Positions 1-9,824 of a stretch of DNA of 64,000 nt are shown piece by piece (positions within the stretch are counted from its first letter, which is position 1; every line of letters begins with the position of its first letter). Position numbers and translations under genes: made by a program. Source of the stretch: Ignavibacteria bacterium (GTDB taxonomy: Bacteria > Bacteroidota > Ignavibacteria > Kapaibacteriales > Kapaibacteriaceae); assembly GCA_013204605.1 (NCBI GenBank), contig JABMNI010000011.1, positions 16,887 through 80,886 on the forward strand, in the 5' to 3' direction. The notes beneath the pieces are model-generated. The model saw only the letters and a program-made list of their open reading frames with translations. It was not told the origin of the DNA and searched no databases.

Positions 1-1668
1 ATGGGCTCTACATTTACTGAATTGGAAGTATATAATAAGACTGGGAGCCTTATTGCAATGCCATCTGTTTCGTTGGTAAACATTGATAATCAGCAAGATG
101 CCGCAACATTAAACTGGTGCCTTTCGGGTCAAACCTACGTTTCACCAAATTGGTCAGCAGGTCCCATTGGATTGGTGTTCAAGACGGTCACTGACATTTA
201 CGATTTCACGTCAGAAGGCCCTGATGTAAACAACGGACCTTCTAATCAGTGGTCGCGACTAGGAGATCAGATAGGAATTTCCGGTGCTAACCCAGCTTGT
301 GCTTATGCTGGTCTGTTACGTGTATCCTCAACGGGACAATACGGGACCTACGGTCAGTGGACGTTTGACTTTTTGACGGAAGACTTTACATCATCACAGT
401 CTCCAACTAAATGGGCGAGCAGTGTGTTTCGCAACCCGGGAGCACTCACTTCTTCATACAATGGTAGAATTAATATCGGCGCCGATGCCAACGGAACTCA
501 GTACGCCGTTGTTAACAACTTTTTTGCCGATGACCAAGATAATCGCGTTCCAGCTGTAAGCATTTCTGAAAATCAAGGGAAAACTTGGTCGGATTTCAAC
601 AGGATGCCTGTCAACTTGTTCGATTCATATATTGCAACACACCGCCTAAACAAAGACGGTGTTTTTAGTGCGTACTCTGTGAATTCACTTGTAGTAACTG
701 GTAATAAGAAATTCTCTTATTTCTTCAGAATCTTTACACTCAATGATGCTCAAGACCAATATGCTTCTGTTGATATTGCTGAGGCAAAATATGACAATGG
801 AACTTGGACACTCACTAGGGTTGCTGAATTGAATGGATTCCCTTTGGAGTTTGGCCAGCATGATTCTGCATCAACGGCCGATGGTGGTGCATCGGGCTAC
901 ACGCCGTACTACCAGTGGAATTCTCAAGGACATGAAATTCAATCAGCGATTACTGCTGATGGTAGTAGTATCTTGGTTAAATGGGTTGACGAAAATTCGA
1001 TAATCGGTTTAGTCCCATTGGAAAAAACTCAGAAAGCATTGTTCTATTCAAACGGTAGGCTCGCCGGTGAATCGCAAATCGATTCAATGACGCCGACCGA
1101 CGTTTATTACACATATCGTGAAGTTAACGGCGGCACATGGAACACGAAGGTGAATATCACGAACGACTTGTCGTATGACAAGGGCACGCATATTCCATCT
1201 ATCATCCCTTCTTTAACGGAAGTTCCAATTTTAACATGTAAGACAGTTGCGAAGTCGCAATTGGGCAACAGTCAATACAAAGCAGCTATCGAGGCATTAC
1301 CTGATATGATTCTAGATGCTTCGATTGACTTTTGGACGCCGAACATTGTACAGGTTGGTATGTTCAATGCTATCAACCCAAGTTCGGTTAACGAAGTAAC
1401 TCATTACAATTTCAACTTGAATTCGGTATTCCCCAATCCGGCTTCGGCCGAAGCTGAAATCACATTTACCATGGATCAACCGGGTAATGTTGTAGTTGAG
1501 CTTTTTAATGCAATGGGCTCGAAGGTTGCAACTGTGATTAACCGTCCAATGGATGCCGGTATGCACGGTACTGTTTTAGATGCTACAAATCTTTCAGCTG
1601 GTTCTTACCACGTTAGCCTTTCGGTTGGCGGGAATCGTGTAACCCGCTCGTTGGTTGTTATCAGGTAA
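1..1668 (+). CDS. Secreted protein with C-terminal T9SS (Por) sorting domain, truncated at the window start; contains a BNR/Asp-box-like motif (SENQGKTWS)
   Basis: The ORF is open at the 5' window edge. Its last ~80 aa (NLNSVFPNPASAEAEITF...VVVELFNAMGSKV...SAGSYHVSLSVGGNRVTRSLVVI) match the conserved T9SS CTD beta-sandwich pattern. Confidence 0.6.
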   Translation: MGSTFTELEVYNKTGSLIAMPSVSLVNIDNQQDAATLNWCLSGQTYVSPNWSAGPIGLVFKTVTDIYDFTSEGPDVNNGPSNQWSRLGDQIGISGANPACAYAGLLRVSSTGQYGTYGQWTFDFLTEDFTSSQSPTKWASSVFRNPGALTSSYNGRINIGADANGTQYAVVNNFFADDQDNRVPAVSISENQGKTWSDFNRMPVNLFDSYIATHRLNKDGVFSAYSVNSLVVTGNKKFSYFFRIFTLNDAQDQYASVDIAEAKYDNGTWTLTRVAELNGFPLEFGQHDSASTADGGASGYTPYYQWNSQGHEIQSAITADGSSILVKWVDENSIIGLVPLEKTQKALFYSNGRLAGESQIDSMTPTDVYYTYREVNGGTWNTKVNITNDLSYDKGTHIPSIIPSLTEVPILTCKTVAKSQLGNSQYKAAIEALPDMILDASIDFWTPNIVQVGMFNAINPSSVNEVTHYNFNLNSVFPNPASAEAEITFTMDQPGNVVVELFNAMGSKVATVINRPMDAGMHGTVLDATNLSAGSYHVSLSVGGNRVTRSLVVIR

Positions 1669-1699
1669 GACACTCTCCCAAATAGAATTTGATTAAATT

Positions 1700-1730
1700 G
1701 AGGCAGCAGAAATGTTGCCTCACTTTTTTA
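1700..1730 (+). terminator. Rho-independent terminator after gene 1
   Basis: A GAGGCAGC/GTTGCCTC inverted repeat with a 6-nt loop is followed by CACTTTTTTATG. Confidence 0.5.
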
Positions 1731-1736
1731 TGTTCT

Positions 1737-3101
1737 ATGAAACCTCTCCTACTTAGTCTTCTAATTTTACTTGCACCATGTGCAATCATTGCTCAACAGT
1801 GGGACGTACGGTTGCCAAATCGCGCCGTGTATTCGGTTGTGGCTAACCCTAAAAACCCTGCAACGTTGTACGCGGGAAATGTTGCCCGGACATTCTTTAA
1901 GTCGACGGACGGAGGCACCACCTGGGACGAGCTTTCTATTCAGTCGTTCGGTGGATCGTCGATAGTAACTTCCCTCTTAGTAGTACCAAGTGACACCAAC
2001 ATTGTACTCGCAGCCGGACTCGGATTAGATGGCATGGACCGCAGCACCGATGGTGGACAAACATGGAACAATGTATACAAAGACCCTACTGGGTCTCGAA
2101 CTGAGTTCCACGGTTCCACCAGCATAGTCACTCAATCAATGAATTCGGACACACTATTTGCCATTCGATTCAATAATGGCGTAGTGTATAGATCTGTTAA
2201 TAAAGGGGCTACGTGGGACTCACTAAGCATTCCACCAGGCTTAGTAGGTACTGATCGTATGCGAACCCTCGCGGTGTGTCCTGACTCTACTAACCGCATT
2301 TTAGCCGGTGGCCGTACATCCTATGTTTTTCTTTCCACAAATAGTGGGAAGTCTTGGACAAATACGAAAGTTCGATTGAGTGCGCACCCAGACGGAGATA
2401 TTGCAAATATTAAGTGGAGTCCTACCACGCCAGGAACGGTGTACGCTACCGTTCAGTACTCGCTTTCGCAGAATGTTCCGAATGCAGGATTGCATAAAAG
2501 TACCGATTACGGTCTTACATGGACTCGAATAAAATTTCAAGACACCTCTCTATATGCGCTCGAGGTAATTAAGACCCGCAACGGCGACGAAATTTTTGTG
2601 GGTGGTAATAAGATTGATTTAGCAGCACCAACTATCCCTGCAGATTCAATTGTATATCGTTCAGTTGATGGTGGTACAACCTGGCAAGACATTGGAGGTG
2701 CCCAGTGGACTGAGGCCGAGAATGGTGAAACAAAACCAAACGTTTGGGGTATCGCTGCCACGGTGGTAGGTGGTAACCCGGCCGCTATTATAGGTACTCA
2801 AGCCGGTTGCTTTAGGAGCAGTTATATCACCTCCGTGCCGAGAGCAGAAAATACGTTGAACTCCTCAGACAGAATTCCAATTCAAGTCGATTTGAATGGT
2901 GAATCGTTGATCGTAATGTCCCAACAAAATTCTGTTTTCACTATCAAAATCTGTAACATTCTTGGTGTGATAGTTGACCAACAAACTGTGAACAGTAGCA
3001 ACGTGGAAACTCGAATTGTACTTCCAGAAACTCTGTCTGGTGTTTATTTTGCTTTAGTAACAAATGGTCTGAGTACCGGAACCTTAGTGTTTGTTAAATA
3101 G
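1737..3101 (+). CDS. BNR/Asp-box repeat beta-propeller protein (Ycf48/sialidase-like fold) with T9SS C-terminal domain
   Basis: The signal peptide is MKPLLLSLLILLAPCAIIAQQ. The track start (TTG at 1689) lies inside the upstream terminator, so I used the ATG at 1737. There are at least six S-x-D-x-G-x-T-W repeats (STDGGTTW, STDGGQTW, VNKGATW, TNSGKSW, STDYGLTW, SVDGGTTW). The C-terminus ends in a T9SS-CTD-like motif (SGVYFALVTNGLSTGTLVFVK). Confidence 0.7.
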   Translation: MKPLLLSLLILLAPCAIIAQQWDVRLPNRAVYSVVANPKNPATLYAGNVARTFFKSTDGGTTWDELSIQSFGGSSIVTSLLVVPSDTNIVLAAGLGLDGMDRSTDGGQTWNNVYKDPTGSRTEFHGSTSIVTQSMNSDTLFAIRFNNGVVYRSVNKGATWDSLSIPPGLVGTDRMRTLAVCPDSTNRILAGGRTSYVFLSTNSGKSWTNTKVRLSAHPDGDIANIKWSPTTPGTVYATVQYSLSQNVPNAGLHKSTDYGLTWTRIKFQDTSLYALEVIKTRNGDEIFVGGNKIDLAAPTIPADSIVYRSVDGGTTWQDIGGAQWTEAENGETKPNVWGIAATVVGGNPAAIIGTQAGCFRSSYITSVPRAENTLNSSDRIPIQVDLNGESLIVMSQQNSVFTIKICNILGVIVDQQTVNSSNVETRIVLPETLSGVYFALVTNGLSTGTLVFVK

Positions 3102-3122
3102 CTGAGAAATTTATCAAGGTGA

Positions 3123-4499
3123 GTGATGAAAATGGTTAGAAGTCTGGCTTTTTACCTTGTAGTTGTGTGCGTGTTGTTTAGCCCCCTTCAGTCGCAGTCT
3201 TGGAAACTGTTGATTCCTGTGCGTGCAGTTACGATGCAGGTGAATCCGAAGGACGCTAACAAGTTATACATTGGTCACGAAAACAATCAAATGTATAGGT
3301 CTAACGATGCTGGAAAGACCTGGGACAGATTGGTGCTGGGTTCGCTATTCACTTTCAATTCCGTAACCTCATTGACAATTTCCGCCACTGACACCGCTGT
3401 CATACTAGCTGGCGGATACGCTTTTTACGGAATAAAACGTAGCACAAATGGAGGCGAAGATTGGAGTCAAGCCCTAAAAGATCCGAATGATCTACAAATG
3501 TGGTACGTGAGCGATGCAATAGTTCGGCATCCATCGATTGGTGATGTTTTTTATGCGGCCAGATTCACTTTTCCGGTAAACATTTACAAGTCAGTTGATA
3601 ATGGAGTAACGTGGGATTCAATCTCAAACATTTCAGGAACAGTTTCAAGTAGAATTTGTACAATTTCTATTCGGCCTGATAGTACGAACATATTGTTCTT
3701 GGGGGTTTTAGGCGGACGTATTTTACGATCGGACGATAGTGGTCACACCTGGGCGACTGTTCCCGTTTTGAGAGGCAAGCACTCAATTAATGAAGGCAGC
3801 GAGATACCCAAAATAATTTTCGATCACAAGAATCCGCAGATTGGTTATGCCATCGTGGCAATTAATACTGAGTCGAGCATCGCTGATAATGGAGGGATAC
3901 TCAAGACAGTTGATGGTGGTAGATCTTGGGATAGGATAGCTGCTTCAGATACGTCATTTTGGGCCATCGATATGTGGCGTAGAGCAGACGGATCGAATGA
4001 AATTTTTGCCGGCGGTTTTAGGACATCTAATTTAGATCCTATTGTAAAAGGTGACAGCCTAATTTATCGTTCAACAGATGACGGACAAACTTGGCGCAGA
4101 ATTTTGGGGACCCCTTGGCAAGAGAATAGCACTGGCGACACAATTCGAAATATTTGGATGTTTAGAGCAGATTCGGTTGGCCACAAAATGTACATGGCAA
4201 CAGAAGTAGGGCTGTACGTTTTTGAAGACATTACAGGCGTCGATGATGGCGCAACTGAAGGTACCGGACTCTATGCTAGTTATGCGTCGGGTGAAGTGAC
4301 TATCACCGACATGATGCCAGATGCAAATGACGCTTATTGGCGGCTGTATACAATGAACGCTCAAAAGATTTCTGAGGGCAAAATTTCATACGGACAACCA
4401 GTGCACGTAAATACAGGTCAATTGGCTAGTGGCGCTTATCTATTGGTTTGGGGATCAGATTCGCACTTCCGCACGATATCAGTGTACGTCCAACGCTGA
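3123..4499 (+). CDS. BNR/Asp-box repeat beta-propeller protein with T9SS C-terminal domain (paralog of the preceding gene)
   Basis: A signal peptide is present. Asp-box repeats are SNDAGKTW, STNGGEDW, SVDNGVTW, SDDSGHTW, TVDGGRSW and STDDGQTW. The C-terminus (LASGAYLLVWGSDSHFRTISVYVQR) resembles a T9SS CTD. Confidence 0.7.
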   Translation: MMKMVRSLAFYLVVVCVLFSPLQSQSWKLLIPVRAVTMQVNPKDANKLYIGHENNQMYRSNDAGKTWDRLVLGSLFTFNSVTSLTISATDTAVILAGGYAFYGIKRSTNGGEDWSQALKDPNDLQMWYVSDAIVRHPSIGDVFYAARFTFPVNIYKSVDNGVTWDSISNISGTVSSRICTISIRPDSTNILFLGVLGGRILRSDDSGHTWATVPVLRGKHSINEGSEIPKIIFDHKNPQIGYAIVAINTESSIADNGGILKTVDGGRSWDRIAASDTSFWAIDMWRRADGSNEIFAGGFRTSNLDPIVKGDSLIYRSTDDGQTWRRILGTPWQENSTGDTIRNIWMFRADSVGHKMYMATEVGLYVFEDITGVDDGATEGTGLYASYASGEVTITDMMPDANDAYWRLYTMNAQKISEGKISYGQPVHVNTGQLASGAYLLVWGSDSHFRTISVYVQR

Positions 4500-5477
4500 G
4501 AGAACAATATTGTTCTCCAATGACCCTAACATATCGATAGTGCAGGTAACCTCATCTCCTGGTTTCAACCACCACGCTGGCTCGTAAACCTTACTTCCGT
4601 TAAGCTCCAAAAAGCATCCCGTTCCGCAGGTACCCGAGCCAATTACATCGCCAGGGTAAAGCGTAACCCCATAGCTCGCCCGTTCGATTATCTGAGCAAA
4701 TGTCCACGTCATATCCTTCATGTTTCCCGCAGAAACTTGGATACCGTTTACGAAGGCTTTCATTTCAAGATCAAATCTTTCTCCATTTTGATCTTGAATA
4801 ATTCGCGTGTGCAATTCATCTCGCGTTACCAGCCAAGGTCCAATTGAAGTAGCAAAATCCTTTCCCTTTGCCGGACCAAGATTCAACTTCATTTCATGCA
4901 TCTGCATTGTCCTAGCACTCCAGTCATTCATGATAGTGTATCCGGCTACGTATTGATCTGCATCTGCCGCTGAAATATCTCGGCCTTCCTTCCCAATTAC
5001 GATTGCCCCCTCCAATTCAAAGTCGAGTTTATCGCAATGCATTTTGCGAACTTCGATTGGTCCGCCTCCAAATACAGCCATGTGATTGGTGAAGTAAAAA
5101 ATTGGGATCTCATCATACTCTGGAATCATCTCAAGTCCCCTATTCTTCCGGGCCGAAGCTACGTGTTGCCGGAAAGCATACCCATCCCTCATGGAGGTTG
5201 GTTTTGGCACGGGCGCTAAAAGAGTAACGCTGTTTAAAGGCACTGAATTCAAAACATAATCGGGGTGAGCGTTATAGTAAGTTTCAATTTTCAACGCGTC
5301 GTTCATCCCCAGCTCGCCTTCCTTAAGAAATTCAAGCATTGAAGGGGGCATTGTGTTCGATTCAAATGAAATTTCGCTCGCCAAGGCTGAGAATGCTGAA
5401 GAGACGTTTACAATTCTCTCTGCGACTAACATTCCGAAATTTTCTTGACCGCCTTGACTATACGTAACTAGTTTCAT
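4479..5477 (-). CDS. Fumarylacetoacetate hydrolase (FAH) family protein
   Basis: Length is 332 aa. The N-terminus (MKLVTYS...GMLV) and the C-terminal catalytic region (YPGDVIGSGTCGTG...LKPGDEV) are typical of the FAH/HpcE family. It overlaps the 3' end of the upstream membrane gene by 20 nt. Confidence 0.7.
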   Translation of the reverse strand: MKLVTYSQGGQENFGMLVAERIVNVSSAFSALASEISFESNTMPPSMLEFLKEGELGMNDALKIETYYNAHPDYVLNSVPLNSVTLLAPVPKPTSMRDGYAFRQHVASARKNRGLEMIPEYDEIPIFYFTNHMAVFGGGPIEVRKMHCDKLDFELEGAIVIGKEGRDISAADADQYVAGYTIMNDWSARTMQMHEMKLNLGPAKGKDFATSIGPWLVTRDELHTRIIQDQNGERFDLEMKAFVNGIQVSAGNMKDMTWTFAQIIERASYGVTLYPGDVIGSGTCGTGCFLELNGSKVYEPAWWLKPGDEVTCTIDMLGSLENNIVLSALDVH

Positions 5478-6672
5478 GTGACCGTTTTTTTATTGAATGG
5501 GTCACAAAACTACGGATTATGAAAATGGCTATAATGCATAACGTTAAAATTGAAGTAAAGGCCTCACCCCTGTTCCACAATCCATTTTTCTCAAACGCCT
5601 TCGAAAGTATAAATCCAGGAATCGCAAAAATCCAGATCAGCATTGCGATGGCAAGAATTCGACGTACTCCTTTGACATCAATATCGTTCACAAATACATA
5701 AACTACAATCGGCATAAGTAACATGATGTGATGCGGCCATAGTCGGGGCAAGAACAACAAGGCACAAAGGAAGGCTGGAAAAAACCAAGATTCCGTATTG
5801 AGCCGCAACACGGACTTTCCTATATAACAGATACCGAAAACGATTGCTAGCCCCAAAAGTATACTTAGTGGGCCATAGAATAGTTCAATTCTATCAAGCA
5901 ACCCGCTCACACCCAGATTGAAAACATCCGTGGCAGGTGGCAACGTAACGAGAGACTCACTGCCGGCAAATAACATCTTAAAAAACGATTCCCAGGTCAT
6001 CCAATCAATAAAAGGCAAAAAAAGCACGACCAAGGCAATAAACGCAAACACAAAGCCCCTTACAAACTTCAAACCACCAACAAAGAATAGTGGAATTCCA
6101 ATAAAAATAATGTTGTGCTTGAAAAATAAAAATGCAGCAAAATAGATTCCTGCGTGCAGTGGGTTTTTCTCAATTGTCAGCAGAGCCGCAACTAAAAGTG
6201 GGAACAATATCACGTCGAGCTGACCAGTCGCGTAATTGTAATACAGTGGGCCTAAAACTAGTAACGTCATTGCCACTAGATGCAAAAAATGGAGGTTCTC
6301 TCGGTGCAGTTTAATGGTATGACGTAAAATAAGAACAAGACCCAGAGATCCACATAATATCTGGAGAAGCAGCCAGCCACGTTCGAGAGCTGAAAAATTT
6401 ACTTCGGCAAAGGGTCTAAGCAGCACCAATAAGGCTGGCGAATAGACAAACTGGGTTCCCAAGGATTCGTTTGCGGTATAAGGCTGGCCATTTATTGCAA
6501 AAGCCTGATATGGATCTGCATTATCTGCGAACGCAGTCACGGCGTTGTAGTACGCCCTGAAATCCACCGTTTCGGTACTGACTACAAAACTTGGAACTAG
6601 TCGTGGGAGTGCTATTAGGCAGCAGAGCGCCAGTACGACAACAAATTGTTGAGTAGCGCTCGGCAACTTCAC
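5458..6672 (-). CDS. Polytopic membrane protein, DUF2029/GT87-like (GT-C fold) putative glycosyltransferase
   Basis: There are 9 or more predicted TM helices. The N-terminal motif VDFRAYYNAVTAFADNADPY matches the DUF2029/PimE-like signature (D-F..YY..A....PY). Confidence 0.45.
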   Translation of the reverse strand: MKLPSATQQFVVVLALCCLIALPRLVPSFVVSTETVDFRAYYNAVTAFADNADPYQAFAINGQPYTANESLGTQFVYSPALLVLLRPFAEVNFSALERGWLLLQILCGSLGLVLILRHTIKLHRENLHFLHLVAMTLLVLGPLYYNYATGQLDVILFPLLVAALLTIEKNPLHAGIYFAAFLFFKHNIIFIGIPLFFVGGLKFVRGFVFAFIALVVLFLPFIDWMTWESFFKMLFAGSESLVTLPPATDVFNLGVSGLLDRIELFYGPLSILLGLAIVFGICYIGKSVLRLNTESWFFPAFLCALLFLPRLWPHHIMLLMPIVVYVFVNDIDVKGVRRILAIAMLIWIFAIPGFILSKAFEKNGLWNRGEAFTSILTLCIIAIFIIRSFVTHSIKKRSHETSYV

Positions 6673-6677
6673 GTGAA

Positions 6678-8129
6678 CTACCTACCCAGGGCGTGGCGTA
6701 GTGACAAGAAGCCTACGGTACCAAAACCCATAAGAAACATCAATTGAAAAGGAATTGCTGCAATCTCCATGTAGGAAACCGAAGCCACAATTCCAAACAA
6801 GAAATAAGCGGCCAACGCAAGTTCGACAACCACAATCCAACCCACCTTTTTTTGCACATACTTATTCTTTTTCCATTGGTCATCGTTTTGTTCAATTCGA
6901 TACTTTGGCGTGCGTTTAAATTCGGATTTTTTGCCAATGATGGCTTCGAAAACTGCCTTGGTATTGTTTACGGCTAGACCCATGGATCCTGCCATGAATA
7001 CTGGGAACAGTAAAAGTCTACGTTGCCAGTCCAAATGGATAGCGCGTTGTGCGTACATGTAGAATAAAAACGTTGAAATACTCGCTAACACAAAAATCGA
7101 CATCACACTGAAGTATTTATCAAAGCCGCCTACTTCATTTTTGATGATAACAATCGGCACGTTAAGAAACGCTACTAACATTATGAACGGGAATACGATG
7201 TTGCTTGTTAGGTGAACAGTGCACTCAAGTTTCATTTTAATTGATAGCTCACTTCGCCAAACTGTTGGAAGTAATTTTTTCGCTGTTTCAACGGCACCCT
7301 TTGTCCAGCGAAACTGTTGAGTTTTTAGCGAATTAATATCAGCGGGTAGCTCGGCGGGCGAAGTAACATCATTCAGAAACACAAACTGCCAACCTTTCAA
7401 TTGAGCTCTGTATGATAGGTCGAGATCTTCCGCTAATGTATCACTGTGCCAATTACCAGCATCTTCAATTGTAGCCTTTCTCCATACACCGGCTGTGCCA
7501 TTGAAGTTGATAAAGAACCCGGCTTTGTGTCGTATTTGCTGCTCTATTACGAAATGACCATCCAATGCAAGTGCTTGCGCGCGTGTAAGGAACGAATACT
7601 CTTCGTTTAAGTGCTCCCAACGAGTTTGAACCATCCCTATTTGTGTATCTTGGAAGTACGGAACTGTCTTCTTCAGGAACTCAGGTTTCGGCACAAAATC
7701 AGCGTCGAATATCGCAATGAATTCACCTCTCGCCACATCTAATCCATCTTTCAATGCGCCGGCTTTATAACCCGTTCGAATAGTACGGTGAATGTGTTTG
7801 ATGTCGAAACCAAGGGCTGAATAATGCTCGACCAATTTTTCAGATAACTGAACAGTTTCATCCGTTGAATCATCCAATAACTGGATTTCTAGTTTATCTT
7901 TTGGATAATCAATTTCGCAGACAGCTTTTACTAGCCTATCAACAACGTATAGCTCATTGTAAAATGGAAGTTGGACCGTTACTACAGGAATATCTACCAT
8001 TTCATTCGGTTCTTTGTGGACAATCTTCTGGGTTTTATGCCAGTAATAGATCATAACTAAACCGTGAAGTCCAAACGCGAACAACACGCACAATGAAATG
8101 AAGTAAGCAAGTAGGAGGTAAATCTCCAT
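6678..8129 (-). CDS. Family-2 glycosyltransferase, processive synthase type (cellulose-synthase/NodC/glycolipid-synthase-like)
   Basis: It has an N-terminal TM, then DDSTDET (D1), FDADF (DxD), LAEDLDLS (TED-like) and QQFRWTKG (QxxRW), followed by 3-4 C-terminal TM helices. Confidence 0.7.
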   Translation of the reverse strand: MEIYLLLAYFISLCVLFAFGLHGLVMIYYWHKTQKIVHKEPNEMVDIPVVTVQLPFYNELYVVDRLVKAVCEIDYPKDKLEIQLLDDSTDETVQLSEKLVEHYSALGFDIKHIHRTIRTGYKAGALKDGLDVARGEFIAIFDADFVPKPEFLKKTVPYFQDTQIGMVQTRWEHLNEEYSFLTRAQALALDGHFVIEQQIRHKAGFFINFNGTAGVWRKATIEDAGNWHSDTLAEDLDLSYRAQLKGWQFVFLNDVTSPAELPADINSLKTQQFRWTKGAVETAKKLLPTVWRSELSIKMKLECTVHLTSNIVFPFIMLVAFLNVPIVIIKNEVGGFDKYFSVMSIFVLASISTFLFYMYAQRAIHLDWQRRLLLFPVFMAGSMGLAVNNTKAVFEAIIGKKSEFKRTPKYRIEQNDDQWKKNKYVQKKVGWIVVVELALAAYFLFGIVASVSYMEIAAIPFQLMFLMGFGTVGFLSLRHALGR

Positions 8130-8183
8130 TATACTACTGTTCCTTCCCGCTATGGGCAGAATAAATAAACAATCGCGGTGGAA

Positions 8184-8720
8184 CTACCAATCAGATACAA
8201 CAGCTAGCAATACATCGTCTGCAATTCTCTTAATAGCGGTTTGGGCTGCTCGACTCCTATCTGATGATGCTTGGGCAACATTGTAGACGTCGAAATTTTC
8301 AAACGTTCGCTTCCAGACTACCTTATTCTTAACTGCGTCGAAATATTCAACTTCGACCGACACAACAATTCTGCGCTGACCCTCGAGATCCCCTTGCTGA
8401 ACATTCAGAATTTGATCTCGAACCGAAGTCAATACAGGTGTTAGTCGTGCATCGCCATTGTCGTCCACCACTTGAAGTGCATTGTCGGTCCGAAATCTGC
8501 TGATTAGCGCCTCTGTTGCTATCTCCCTATAGGATGCATCTCCAAAATTACTCTTATCGATTACCGAAGCAATTGAAATTGTATGAAGATGATCAGGAAC
8601 CGAGCCGCCTCGGAACGAATAACAGGCGGACGCTGCAACCGCCACTATTATCAAACCAACGTACGAAGTTATCCTGTACTTGGTGTTAAGTCTATGAAGG
8701 ATAGATGAAAGTTCGTTCAT
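8184..8720 (-). CDS. Putative LPS-assembly lipoprotein LptE-like
   Basis: Lipoprotein signal peptide ending in the cysteine of AASAC, immediately followed by Y-S-F-R-G-G. This resembles the LptE motif (E. coli C-G-W-H-L-R-D) and the length is about 180 aa. Confidence 0.4.
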   Translation of the reverse strand: MNELSSILHRLNTKYRITSYVGLIIVAVAASACYSFRGGSVPDHLHTISIASVIDKSNFGDASYREIATEALISRFRTDNALQVVDDNGDARLTPVLTSVRDQILNVQQGDLEGQRRIVVSVEVEYFDAVKNKVVWKRTFENFDVYNVAQASSDRSRAAQTAIKRIADDVLLAVVSDW

Positions 8721-8733
8721 TGATTTTTACTGA

Positions 8734-9381
8734 TTAAGAAAGTTGCTGAAGGAATGGGTTAAATCGTCGCTCTTCCCCTATGGTTGTTGGGTGTCCGTGC
8801 CCAGGGAAAACCTCGTAGTTATCCGGTAAAATCAGAAGTGATGATTGGATTGAGTTTAGAAGTACGTCCATGTCACCCCCCGGTAGGTCGGTTCTTCCAA
8901 TACTTCGCTGGAACAAAGTATCACCAACAAAAACCCAGTCGTGTAGTTTATCTACAAAACACACGCCACCCTCGGTATGCCCTGGCGTATGAAAAACAAG
9001 TAACTCAGGCAGATCAGGGTGAATTTGGAGTAGTTGATTATGAGTCACGAAGTGGTCAGCCTTGACGCTAGGAATTGTAAAGGGCAACGGCCACAGCGTA
9101 TGCTGCATAGGGTCGGTAAGGCGATAGTCATCGGCGCCGTGCACATACACGGGCGCCTGTGTCTTCTCGATCAAAACTGAACAATCTGCTGTGTGGTCCC
9201 AATGTGTGTGCGTTAAAAGTATGGCAACTATTTTGCACGAAATTGATTCTACGAACTGCAAAATTTGCTGTAATGAGTCTGGTGGGACATCTACAACCAT
9301 ACACGTGCCTGCGGGCTCATTGTACACGATATACGTATTGGTCAAAACCGGCCCACATTCAAATCTTTGCACTTTTACCAT
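8734..9381 (-). CDS. MBL-fold metallo-hydrolase (glyoxalase II-like)
   Basis: Contains THTHWDHTAD (the HxHxDH zinc motif) and HTPGHTEG. Confidence 0.8.
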   Translation of the reverse strand: MVKVQRFECGPVLTNTYIVYNEPAGTCMVVDVPPDSLQQILQFVESISCKIVAILLTHTHWDHTADCSVLIEKTQAPVYVHGADDYRLTDPMQHTLWPLPFTIPSVKADHFVTHNQLLQIHPDLPELLVFHTPGHTEGGVCFVDKLHDWVFVGDTLFQRSIGRTDLPGGDMDVLLNSIQSSLLILPDNYEVFPGHGHPTTIGEERRFNPFLQQLS

Positions 9382-9467
9382 CGCTCAATTTACCGATTCA
9401 CAATTTCACATGATCGGTGGAATCTGTACGTTTCATATTTTAGTGGCTAGCTAACTAACGGAGTAAC

Positions 9468-9824
9468 ATGGTAACGACGTATGTACCGCTGATGATAATG
9501 ATTCTAATTGGTGTCATTTTCGGCGTGAGCAACATTGTTTTGGCTGAGATTCTTGGTCCTCGCAGAAGAAATAAGGCAAAACTATCAACGTATGAGTCTG
9601 GCATGGAGCCGATAAAATCGGCCCGTGAACGGTTTACAGTTAAGTTTTATTTGGTCGCGGTTATGTTCATTTTGTTCGACATCGAAGTGATTTTTATGTA
9701 CCCGTGGGCCGTCCAATTCAAAGAACTAGGCATGTATGGATTCACTGCCATGATTCTGTTTATGGTGCTGTTATTTAGCGGTTACCTATATGTGATAAAG
9801 AAAGGTGCTTTACGATGGGATTAA
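9468..9824 (+). CDS. nuoA: NADH-quinone oxidoreductase subunit A
   Basis: Length is 118 aa with 3 TM helices. The conserved region is [28 protein letters not shown] motif sits 8 nt upstream. Confidence 0.85.
   Translation: MVTTYVPLMIMILIGVIFGVSNIVLAEILGPRRRNKAKLSTYESGMEPIKSARERFTVKFYLVAVMFILFDIEVIFMYPWAVQFKELGMYGFTAMILFMVLLFSGYLYVIKKGALRWD

Noticed and set aside
1312-1566. 84-aa minus-strand ORF inside gene 1, and similar short antisense ORFs inside icd, the thiolase, atpD, guaB, yidC, yyaL and the metHF fusion
   Set aside because: They lie antisense within strongly supported conserved genes and show low-complexity composition.
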